A program made the position numbers and the translations under genes. Below are positions 24,025-34,171 of a stretch of 64,000 bases of DNA, piece by piece. Within the stretch, counting starts at the first letter, position 1; each line of letters starts with the position of its first letter. The stretch covers positions 13,270,001 through 13,334,000 of the forward strand of contig CM052832.1 in NCBI GenBank assembly GCA_028534125.1, written 5' to 3'. Below the pieces are notes generated by a model. That model searched no databases, had not been told where the DNA came from, and was given only the letters and a program-made list of their open reading frames with translations. The stretch comes from Lama glama (Eukaryota).

Positions 24025-25515
24025 ACAAGTAAAGTCACCAGAAATATTTATTGAGCACCTGTTTTATACCCAGCACTGTGGGAGGAGCTGTGAAGGACAC
24101 AGAGCAGTACAGGACTTATTCCCTGCCCTTGAGAGCTTTACAGTCTAGGTGGAGACCGAAGAACCAGGACATATGGGAGCCAGGAGAAAACAGTCCAGCC
24201 CAGGATGTTACAGGAGCTGGAAGGTGTTTGGGGTCAGAGCCACCAAGTACTTCGGTGCCTGCAGGGGCTCAACGGTCAGTGCCAGGAGAGACAACAACTC
24301 ACAACTCCCAGGTCCATATCAGCCCACTTAGCGTGCCCTATCCACAGCCTTACTCCCGCCATCTTAAAACACCTGACTCCTTGTTCAGCTGCTATTCAAA
24401 GTGCAATCAAACAGGGGAGGGGGGGCAGATGGGGAAGGTCCTTGGATGAGTTCCAGGGACTGGTGCCACACTCTCCCTCCTGGAAAAATCTGCTTCTCAC
24501 CCACAAACCCCCAACACAGGGAGATCTCCTTTCAAGGAGGATGGTCTGACCACCCAGGACCCTTACCCCGAGATCTAAGAAGAGGGGTGGTCATTGCTTG
24601 AGCTGCCTGAGGTAGAAGTGGGAAACCTTACTTCTAGCATGCCCCTTCCCTTCCCAGTCCACTGAGTTGGGGGACAAGCACCCCAGAGCTGCCACCCAGG
24701 GCTGAGAAGGTACTAAAGGGAAAGGACATGGGGGAGGGGAGAGGAGCAGAGAGGGACTGAGAGCCCAGCTGGAAAAGAGGGGTCTGGGGCTCCTAGAAAA
24801 GTGCAGGGGAAGCCAAATAATGAGGCTGGCTCCCCTGTGGGTGGAAGAGGGGTAAGAGGAAGTGGGGTGGTTTGCTACAGGACCCTACCTTCCCCACACC
24901 TTCATGGGACAGAGGGAGTATCAAGGGTCAGGAGGGTATCAAATCCCCAGCCCAGTTCCAGGCTGTGCCTGCTTCAAGGTCACCCTGCCCAGCCTTAGAG
25001 GAGGCGAGGGGATCCCAAAGTTTTGATGATGGCCTGACTCTGCTGAGCCCTCTTCAAAGTGCTGTTTACTTCTCAAATTATAAGGAATTCAGATCTGAGA
25101 ATACAGGAAAGAGGCAGAATTTTTTAACACCCATAAGATGGTGAGTGGAAGGAGCCAGGCTCCTCCAGAGAGTACCACCCATCAGAGGTGGACGTGCCAG
25201 CCTCACCTTATCTCAGGGAGAACGGAAATGGAGAGCATAGGATGACGGGGGCTTAAATAATAGTCTGCATAATAAAAACACTTAGCACTCTAATAAGCCT
25301 ATTTTTCTGCTATCTAATTATTTTAAATAATTCTAATGTCAGAGGCTGGGGGCATGGGGAGGGTGGTGGCAGGTAGGTATATACATGAGGAGGAGTTTAA
25401 ATTAAAACACAAATAATAATTAAGACAAACAAACTAAAGAACTAAAGCAAAAGATGCAGAAGAGGCCTGTGGTGGGCCTCTCACTTCCAGGATGACAAAG
25501 CTTCCAGTGGCCAGG
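24025..25515 (-). other. CDKN1A: CDKN1A 3'UTR with AU/U-rich elements (~25255-25455), miRNA sites and a poly(A) signal
   Basis: Follows the stop codon; contains gtcttaattattatttgtgttttaatttaaac (the conserved ELAV/Hu-binding ARE region) and ends ctcAATAAA...gtgactttacttgtaatatta like the human mRNA end. Confidence 0.9.
24047..24052 (-). terminator. CDKN1A: CDKN1A polyadenylation signal AATAAA
   Basis: TTTATT on the + strand; on the minus strand it is followed by GT/T-rich sequence (ctgttgtggtc) about 35 nt downstream. Confidence 0.85.
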
Positions 25516-25565
25516 TTAGGGCTTCCTCTTGGAGAAGATCAGCCGGCGTTTGGAGTGATAGAAAT
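25516..25565 (-). CDS. CDKN1A: CDKN1A (p21) last coding exon: DFYHSKRRLIFSKRKP*
   Basis: ctctctcctcAG acceptor; 50 nt including TAA; completes the PIP box QTSMTDFY, the Cy2 motif RRLIF and the NLS. Confidence 0.98.
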
Positions 25566-25779
25566 CTGAGGAGAGAGAACAGAGTCAGCCAGGCCAGGGT
25601 GAAGAGGGTGCAGCAGAGCCACCCATTCAAAGTAACCTGCAGAAGGGCCAGCGGGACACATTGCCAAGTACAGGAAAGAACTCTGGCAACTTCCACTGCA
25701 TCTCCCGGGGGGGGGGGGCGTCCCGTCACCCTTCATAGATGTGATTGATAACAGGACCAACACCCATGGGCCTGCTTTA

Positions 25780-25965
25780 AACCAAGCTGCCCAATACAGT
25801 AGACACTAGCCCTATGTGGTTATTTACATTAACTAACATTAAATGAAGTGAAAAATTCAGTTCCTCGGTCATACTATCCTCATGTCAAGTACTCAGCCGC
25901 TATATGTGGCCAGTGGCACTGGACAGTTACATCTTTGCAGAGTTCTATCAGATAGCACTGCTCTG
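25780..25965 (+). mobile_element. MER3-like hAT-Charlie element in CDKN1A intron 2
   Basis: gctgcccaatacagtagacactagccctatgtggttattt...aaaaattcagttcctcggtc...tatgtggccagtggc...gatagcactgctct. Confidence 0.7.
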
Positions 25966-26872
25966 GGGATTCCATTAGATAATCCATGAACAGTGTTGGG
26001 CACAATGCCTGGGCCATATAAACGTTAGCTGTCATTATCATTATCATTATTATTATCATTATATTGTTAGTTCTGACCCAGCTGCAGACTTGCTGTGGGA
26101 TTCTTGGTGGCATCTCTCAAAGCCTGTTTCCTCACCCTTAAAATGAAGATAAGACTGGTTGGGTGGTCTAAGGATTAAATGAAATGCTCTCTATAAAGGT
26201 CTTGGTCAAGCACCTGGCATAGTTAGTGCTCAAATGTCAGAATCACTCATTCATTTTTCTCTCAAGCACCTGCTATCCTAGGTGCTGGGGATTCTGTGAC
26301 GAACAAGAGAGACACAGATTCCATTCTCATGAGACAATATCCTAGTTGGGAAGATGGACAATATCAAGATAAGAAGGTAGCTGTTGATAGTTAAAAAAAA
26401 AAAAAAAGGTGCCAAAGAGTAAAAACAGGCAGGGAAGAGCGTGCTGGAAGTGTGTATGTATGATGGGGAAGGGGAGTTAAGTTCAGGTAGGGCAGCTGGG
26501 AAATAATTTAGTTTTCTCTCCACTGCAAATTCATTGTGGAACCTTAGGCAAATCACTCTACCTCTCTGAGGCTTGTTTCTTTGCCTATGAAAGGATGGCA
26601 AGAATGTCTTATGGTGTAAGATTGCTATAAGGACTAAACAAAATCTAGAAACTTAGCAAAGGGCCTGACATAAAATCGATGTTCCCAATAAAGGTTAGAT
26701 AGTTGGTCTTGGTAGCAGGCTTGCTGTGTGACCTCAGGCAAGTCACCTCCCCTCTCTGGGCTTATTTCCCCCTCTGAGTAATGAGCAAGCTGGGCCAGAC
26801 AGGTCAGCCCTTGCACCATGAATTCTGGGAGTCTGGATCCCTTGCAGTATCCTTCTCTGCACTTGTCCTCAC

Positions 26873-27317
26873 CTGTCATGCTGGTCTGCCGCCGTTTTCG
26901 GCCCTGAGAGGTGCCAGGCCCACCTGGGGACTCCTCAGGCCGCTCAGGGGAGCGAGGCACAAGGGTGCAAGACAGTGACAGGTCCACGTGGTCCTCCTGA
27001 GATGTCCCCTGCAGCAGGGCAGGCGAGGTGCTGGGCCGCTTGCCCCCTCCCAGGTCATCCCAGGCCCCCCGGGGCCCTGCAGGCAGGTAGAGCTTGGGTA
27101 GGCCAAGGCCCCGCACACGCTCCCAGGCAAAGTCACCCTCCAGCGGTGTCTCAGTGACAAAGTCGAAGTTCCATCGATCCCGGGCCTCCTGCACACAGCT
27201 GGCCATCAGTGCGTCACAGTCCCGGCTCAGTTGCTCACTGTCCACTGGGCCGAAGAGGCGACGGCACGCCTTGCTGCTGCGTGGGATCTGATGGGCATCC
27301 CTGGATGGCTCCGACAT
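26873..27317 (-). CDS. CDKN1A: CDKN1A (p21/WAF1/Cip1) main coding exon; total protein 164 aa
   Basis: MSEPSRDAHQIPRSSKACRRLFGPVDSEQL...RWNFDFVTETPLEG...GRKRRQTSMT is the Cip/Kip CDI domain. ccaccATG context, GTGAGG donor; 445+50 = 495 nt. Confidence 0.99.
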
Positions 27318-28059
27318 GGTGGCTGCAGCTGGGACACAAGTAAGACTCCGGTCACTTGGGGTATCAGATCCTCCCTTAGCAGGCCATGCTTTGCTGTGTA
27401 ATCTCAGGTGAGGTCTTCTCACTAGAACGTGAGGTGAGAGGGTCTCTCTGGTTCCTTCCAGCTGATTTTCCCCTACTTCTCTCCCATGGGCTCTCCCAAA
27501 ACGTCACCAGTAGACACTGGGAAGGGGTAGGGCTCAGCCAGCCTGGCACTCCAAGGTCACTGGGGAAGTGGGCAGCTGAAGGGCAAGCTTATGTCAACAA
27601 AGGCAAGTTTATTGCAATAGCAGGGATCAGGGTCCTGTTTACCACCAGGTATTATCAGCTAAAATCAATTTGTTTTCCCCTCTGAGGTGTCCCTCATGGG
27701 TGTGAATGCCCCAAGTATGTGTGAATTGCCAGAGTCCAGCAGTTTCCCAGCCCCAGTCCTGGCCAGAAGGTCAATTCCCAAATGAATGGACAGTTCCTCC
27801 AGCTTTCTGAATCCCCCCACCTAGATGCCCATGTTGGGTAACCCCGCTCTGCAACTTAAAACAGTTGGGTTCTAGTCCTAGCTCTGCTGCTTACTACCTA
27901 ATCTTTTAAAAAGTCACTTAATGTCTCTGGGCCTTAGTTTCCTCATCTGTAAAAAGGAACTGCATTAAAGTCTAAAGAGCAGGGCTATAGAAGCATGCGC
28001 AAGAAATTGACCAAGGAGTCCCTCCAGGCAAGGCAGATGAAACAGAGGTGAGAGGCTGA

Positions 28060-28310
28060 ATCTTGGTGGTAAAAAGTGAGGGCTCTGGAGCCAGGCCACC
28101 TGGGCTGGAATCCAGGCTCTGCTGGGTGACCCTGAACAAGTGGCTTAACTTCTCTGGGCTCTATTTTCCTCATCTGTAAAATGGAGACAGTAATAGTGAA
28201 CATCTCAGAGAACAGATGTAAAGATAAATTGAGTTAATGTAGGTAACGTGCGTAGAGCAGCACCTGGTACATAGAAGTGCTTGGAAAACATTATTATTAT
28301 TATTATTATT
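28060..28310 (+). mobile_element. MIR SINE in CDKN1A intron 1 (one of many MIRs, e.g. ~180-620, 2450-2620, 14930-15080, 26060-26250, 44000-44480, 48660-48910, 53720-53960)
   Basis: ggctctggagccagg...tgaccctgaacaagtggcttaacttctctgggctctattttcctcatctgtaaaatggag is the MIR core. Confidence 0.85.
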
Positions 28311-29986
28311 ATTTCTCTCTGCCTCTGTTCTGGCTGAACCTCCTCCCCATCACTCCACCTGGGCCACCACCTCCCTTCAGACAGCAGCTGACAGGTGCTG
28401 TAGGCTGAGGGCCTTTCCCAAGGATGTCATCAGATGGGCAGCCTGGGGGTAAGGAGGAGCTGGGCAGGGCAGGGCAGGGCAATGATTTGTCCCAGGCTGA
28501 GCCACATCCTGCCAGGCACATCAGATCTGAAGTCTAGACAACCTCGAAGCCCCTGCCTCATTCTGCCTGCATCCAAGAAACCCGTTTTGCAGGCAAAGAA
28601 AATTAAAGGTACCGGTCTACCCGGTTCCTCTCCTCCCACTTCAGGAGAGGGAAAACCTAGGGTGAGTTTGCCCGTGAGGAATGCTGGCACCCACCTGCCC
28701 TGCTCTGGCCTGACTCCAGGGCTGAGCGGCTGCACAACTTTGGCAGGGACTGGGTTTTCCTGGGGACAAGTCCTGCTTTGCAGGCTTTGAGGGTGAAAGC
28801 TCTGCTGAGTGACCTCCTGGGGCAGGAAGCCCTGGATCAACGCCACACATAAGCCTCCCCACACCACCTCTCACAGGGAGTGGAGTCTGCAACTCCACAT
28901 CTCAGCTGATAGGGGAAGGGAGGCACTAGGTGACCTCAGACCAAGTTTAAAGGGCAGGAGTTATAAGACTTGCCCCGAAATCACACAGCTAAAAAGATCA
29001 AGGGCCACGGCCCCATAGAGAGGGGGTACACAGTGCAGTGAGCAAAGCCTATGAATAACCTTTGCTCACTCTCTTCAGCACAAGGATTGAGATTTATGTA
29101 GATATTTTTATGTATCAGAGGCTTTTCCAAGAAGTTTACAAATATTAATTTTCCTAAAAAGTGGGTATATTAGCTCTTTTTTACAAAGAGGTAACCAGGT
29201 TCAGAGAAGTTAAGTAACTTTTCCAAAGTTACACAGCTCACAAGTGGCACAGCCAGAATTTGATCCCAGGCCTGAATGCCCTGGGTTCTGTGCTCTAGTG
29301 TTGAACCCTACTTCCTCTATAATTGTGAGGTTTCTTAACCAGAGAGACCCATTGGAACCACTTGGGGAGCTTTTTCAATATGTGGATTAATAGTCTCTCC
29401 TTCCAAAGACCGATTTAATTCAAACTGAAAGAGATTTAAGCAAGCCTTTGGCAGTTCTCCAGATGGGCACGCTTGGGGTGTCAGCCAAGAGGGGGCACAC
29501 AGAATGGCTGAAATAGATACTGTGGGTCTCAGTGCTTCATTGGCACAAGGAGGAGGAGCCCATCTAGGGCTTTACCAGGGAGCTGGACATTTCCTGGCTG
29601 CTAGGAGCTGAAGACGGAACCAGAATCCAGGCAGGGACCCTCTCTACTTCTAGCACCCCTTCCCTTATGGCTTTCATAGACGCGCCATCAAAATCTGCTC
29701 TCATGACCATTACTGTAACTCCCACCTCAGAGAAAACTCACTCTTGTTTTACAAACAAGCAACTGAGACTAGCTCCTCCTGTTGGCCTTCGTGCCTTAGA
29801 CTTCAACCACAACCATAATTTTCATTCCCAAATAAATAGTAAGTACTCAGTAAACACTGCTGAACCAATGGGGTACTCCTTTGTAGGAGCAGGGGAGCGA
29901 CCTCAGGTCAGCCCTGGAGTAGCGGCGGGAAGCAATGGCTGGTGAAGCCTCATTCCGCGGGAAGGCGTGTTTGCCATTAGCGCTGG

Positions 29987-30004
29987 GGCCGGAAGGGGGC
30001 GCTG
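29987..30004 (+). promoter_or_regulatory. Putative CTCF site in CDKN1A intron 1
   Basis: ggccggaagggggcgctg is close to the CTCF core ggccaccagggggcgct. Confidence 0.55.
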
Positions 30005-31829
30005 GTCTCCAGGAAATCACGCGCCGGGTGGGAGGTGCGTGGGCAGAGCCTAGGTCAGCAGCAGGGAGTTGCGATGAGTCAGTTTCCTGCAAAATGCTCC
30101 CGGCCCGCCAAAACTTCGTTTCCACTCCGGCTGCGCGTCACCCTCGGGTGAGGAGGGGGAAGCGGGAGGGGGACCGGGGACCGCGAACACGTCACGCTGA
30201 GCCAGGCTTCCGAAACCCCCGCCACTGTTGGGAAACCGCCCGCTCTCGCGCCGTCTCTTGTGACACACATACGTGTAAACACATACACACACCCCGCACG
30301 CACAGGCGCGCAGGGATCCGGGCTCTCCACCTTATCTCCACGCCCTAAAGCAGGGGATGAGTCAGATCCCTGGAAAATAAAAATAGACGGGAGGAACGAA
30401 AACAAAACCGCTCAAAGTCCTCTCCAAAACGCGACGTGGAGGAAGGAAAGGAGGCAGAGAACTGCCTGGGCGTCCCAAAGTGCCAAATGTAATTCCAAGA
30501 TTCTTTTAAGCACGAGAAGGTTCGCAACTGTCCCCTGAGGGCCGCCGGGACACCGCGGACAAGGAGGACGCATTGTAGTCCGCGCTGGGCGGTGGCGCCC
30601 GAAGGGCGACTCTCCCTCCTGCTCCTTTCAGCCCTGACGCCCTCGGACAGGGAATTCTGGGCTAGGCTGGGGGCGCCTGGAGCCCCGAATGCAGGTGACA
30701 GAAGCCCTGAGCAGCATCGCGCCTGGAAGCCCCATCCCTCAAAGACGAGATCTCTCCCTGCCTCCCGCCCCAGCGGGGGCTGCGTGCCCCGACGCAAGCC
30801 AGAGCTGGGCTCCGCTACCCCGGAGTCCATCCGACCGACCCGAGAACAGTTGGGCCGGGGTTCTCCAGGCGGTAGTGGGAGAGAGGTAGGTCCAGCTCCT
30901 GAGCTTCCGTTAGTGACAGGCTGGCGCAAGCCGACCCAGCGCGGGGGCCGGGGCTCCAGGTCCCAGAGGGCTCACCGCAGGGCGGGGACCGGACACCAGT
31001 TCCTGGATCTTCTGGTGTCTGGCTTCCCTGGGAACACTTTGTGCCCAGCCAAATAGGTCACTGTGCTGATGGGGAGACAGAGGCCGCGGAGAGGCAGGGA
31101 AGGGAACTTATGGGGGAGCCACTGTCGCCCAGCCCAGGCGGAGTTCTGACCTCACCCAGCCCGTTCCCTGGGGTCTTCTTGTCACCGTGAGTCACCACCT
31201 CGCTTGCCCTTAAGGGACGTGTCCCGACAAGTTCCCAAGGGCCGGGGACACAGCCGGCGCTGACCTCAGCGCCCAGTCTATTGGCGGACACGGCGGCGTC
31301 GGTAACCCAGACCTTAGGGGCCTGGGCCTGGGTGGCACCGATTGGATCCGAGAGCAGCCCGGGATTGGATCCCAGATGAACCTGCTCGGCTCCGCGTTCC
31401 TCGCCCCTCCCGCAGCTCTCCGCGTACAGGGTTTCATTCCCACGACACCAGCAGCAGTTAGAGCCTGGGGCCCTGGGCGCACTCGCAGCCGGGTCCACGC
31501 CTTCCCTCGCAGCTGAGTTTCAAGGGGAGGGAGCGTGGCGGGGATCCCTGGTATTCATGCTCCCTCTCCCCGCCGGGAGTCTGCAACACATCCCGATCCC
31601 CGTCCCAAGCGCACTTACAGACTCCGGTGTGCGCAAAACCGAGACCCACGCACGTCATTCACCTGTGAACAAAGCACACACACAAGCACCGGCGACACGC
31701 ATCCGCGACACACACCCCAGGAGGTGCACGGGCACACACGGACACGTTCGGCTCAGCTCAGAGCCGAAGCCCGGGATCTGCTCAGAGCAAAAGCCTGGGA
31801 TCCGCTCTTGCCTGCCATGGCTCCCTCAC

Positions 31830-31918
31830 CTCCTCTGAGGGTCTCGGCGTCTCTGTGAATCCGCGCCCAGCTCGGAGTCTCTGAACTACGTACTTCGGCA
31901 GCTGCTTACACCTCAGCT
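31830..31918 (-). other. CDKN1A: CDKN1A non-coding exon 1 (TSS approximate)
   Basis: Minus strand agctgaggtgtaagcagctgccgaag...gagctgggcgcggattc...ctcagaggag|GTGAGG parallels human exon 1. Confidence 0.9.
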
Positions 31919-32020
31919 GGCGCCGCCCGGCGCTGCCGGTATAAAAGGATTCGGTTTCAGGAGGCGGGACCAGCCGCTCCGCCCTCAACGCGCCCGCCCG
32001 GGACGGCCTCCCGCGGGACA
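31919..32020 (-). promoter_or_regulatory. CDKN1A: CDKN1A core promoter (TATA-like TTTTATA at about -28; Sp1/KLF GC boxes)
   Basis: Minus strand cgggcgggcg...gagggcggag...ggtcccgcctcc...ttttatac immediately upstream of exon 1. Confidence 0.8.
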
Positions 32021-32172
32021 TAGTCCCCTCTGTTCCTGGCAGCTCTATAGATCTTCCGAGCTCAAATGCTAACCTCCCAGTGCTACTGGAGGGCGCTTCC
32101 GTCCTCCCCACACCCCCTGTACCAGGGATTGTGCGCTTAATACATTTCCCCACGAATTGAGCCCCAAATCTA

Positions 32173-32203
32173 GTTGTTTGTTGTTGTTGTTGTTGTTGTT
32201 TTG
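32173..32203 (+). repeat. (TTG)n microsatellite
   Basis: ttgtttgttgttgttgttgttgttgttttgt. Confidence 0.85.
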
Positions 32204-33271
32204 TTTTTTAGTTGGGGAGTGAGTTGGCACTTCCCCAGAGGGGACAGGATCTTAAGATGAGCCCCCCTCTTGCCCACTACCGACTGATTCTGGGCAAAGA
32301 TTTATCCAAAGCAACTGAATAGACCACGAAAAGTGACATTAATAAATTAAAATCCTTAAATAAAAAAAAGATACATCTCACTATGCAATTCCCAGAAAAG
32401 CCTCACGATACCACCACTGTGCCCACGGTCCCACGGATCTCTCCCTACACCTCATCACCTGAGGCGCCCAGACACCCAACAAAGCATTCCCGGAGGCCAG
32501 ACAGGGTTCAATTCCCTTTATTTCACAGATGAAGAAACCGAGGCCCACAGAACTAAAGGGATGAAGTTATTCGTCAAATGCCCCAGGGAAGGAGGGAATT
32601 TGGGACACTGCTAAGAAAGGGCCAGTCTGGTCTCCAGGGGAAATTAGACACTGAACTAACCTCCCCACCCCCTCCTCCTCACTCCCTATGCCCACCTCCC
32701 TCTCACCTCAGCAGGAGAAAGCTCTGTGATAGCAGCAGATTTGATGGCTAGGAAGGGATGAGTCATGTACTGGGTAGTCCCCACACAGCCCACATACACT
32801 GCTGGGGAAACTGAGGCTCAGTTCAGCGGTCTGACTCAGGTAGCACAGCAAATAAGTGGCAATGGTGTAACAGGCCTTTTGCCTCTCACCCAGAGCTCTC
32901 AGCTTGTTACCCTCTCTGTTTCAGTGGCTCTAGAATGAGGGAAGCACCCAGCACCCCTCATTTCCAGGCAGTATACTGAGGTGACATTGATAAAGGGTAA
33001 TTCTGGAAATGTCCACCAGCGCTTCTGATAGAAACAAAAAAGTGAGTGAGGTGCCCCTCTGCTCCCACCCACCTCCACACCCCTAGCTTCCCTTGCATCC
33101 CACCTTTGCTTCCTTCCTTCACCTAAAACAGCTGCAGTTTCTACTTTAAAAAAAATTGCAGAGAACAGAGTGTTAATCTGAACAGAAATCCCACTAGAAA
33201 GTAGAATCCAGGCTTGGAGCAGCTACAGTTACTGACATCTAGGGCTGTTCAGTGTCTGGAAGTCTCTGCCC

Positions 33272-33291
33272 AGACATGCCCAGTCTTCTTC
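33272..33291 (-). promoter_or_regulatory. Proximal (-1.4 kb) p53 response element GAAGAAGACT GGGCATGTCT
   Basis: Matches the well-known human p21 3' p53 site; ~1.36 kb upstream of the TSS. Confidence 0.93.
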
Positions 33292-33490
33292 CTCTAACGC
33301 AGCTGACCTCAGGGAGGACAGGCCTTCTTCTCCTCTCCTGCTGGGATGGGAGCCTGGGTAGGGGTGGGAGGGCCCATTACCAGACCCTCTTGCCTACCTA
33401 ATATTGAAGTTAGGCCGGGATTGTAGCTGGACTTCAGAAGGACCTCAAAAAGGCCAAGATCCCAGAACCAGCCCCCTCCTCCCCAGCTCC

Positions 33491-33491
<1 letters not shown>

Positions 33492-33525
<34 letters not shown>
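33492..33525 (+). repeat. (AC)n microsatellite, about 17 units, between the two p53 elements
   Basis: Read directly from the sequence. Confidence 0.95.
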
Positions 33526-33526
<1 letters not shown>

Positions 33527-34151
33527 ACCCAAAGGCTCAGTTGTCAAATGTCCGACAGAAAATGGGCATATCCTCCTACTGATTCGAAACCCCTTATCTT
33601 TCAGGCATTTCAAATAGACTTGACATTGTCCGAGTGTTTACTTTGGGGGAAAAATTTTTAATGAAGGCTTCTATTGAATTATTTAAAGTTTTGTGGTACT
33701 GAACTTCACCATGAAATAATTCTTTTTGTTGTTGTTTTTGGGAAGTAAATATTGTTATGCCTTTTACCTCAGCACTATCACAACAGAATTCAACAAATAC
33801 AGTTCAGCACTTATTAAGTGTCTAGTACTGTTCAATACTTTAAAAAAGTTTCAAAAAAAATTTCCAACCATACACTTGAATGTGTAGATATAATCTTAAA
33901 GGAGGGATTCTGCCCTGAAGAGGCAAAGAAACAGATTGTTAGAAGTCACTAGCAAGATCTGACACACACATACACACACGTGCACACAATAGATCCCAGG
34001 CCAATCTGAAGGGATCTGCTGCAAACTGCAAATTCTCAGACCAAGGTCTCCTTGGGGTTTCTGGGGACCTCCTGCTCCTCCCACCCCCTCTTTCCTGAAA
34101 ACAGGCAGCCCCAAAGACAAAACAGCCACCAGCTTCTTCTATGCCAGGGCT

Positions 34152-34171
34152 CAACATGTTAGGACATGTTC
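34152..34171 (-). promoter_or_regulatory. Distal (-2.3 kb) p53 response element GAACATGTCC TAACATGTTG
   Basis: One base different from the human p21 5' site GAACATGTCCCAACATGTTG; ~2.25 kb upstream of the TSS. Confidence 0.96.

Larger units (their letters stand above)
29880..32150. promoter_or_regulatory. CDKN1A: CDKN1A CpG island (promoter, exon 1 and 5' part of intron 1)
   Basis: Dense CpG and high GC compared with the CpG-depleted flanks. Confidence 0.9.

Noticed and set aside
25707..25718. G12 run in CDKN1A intron 2
   Set aside because: An isolated homopolymer with nothing else supporting a function.
26634..27422. 262-aa ORF suggesting an N- and C-terminally extended p21
   Set aside because: It starts at a GTG inside intron 1 and runs through the exon 2 donor into intron 2; the spliced 164-aa protein explains the real coding part.
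29847..32153. Many long overlapping ORFs in the CDKN1A CpG island
   Set aside because: Stop codons are rare in GC-rich DNA, and the peptides are low-complexity with no recognisable domain.
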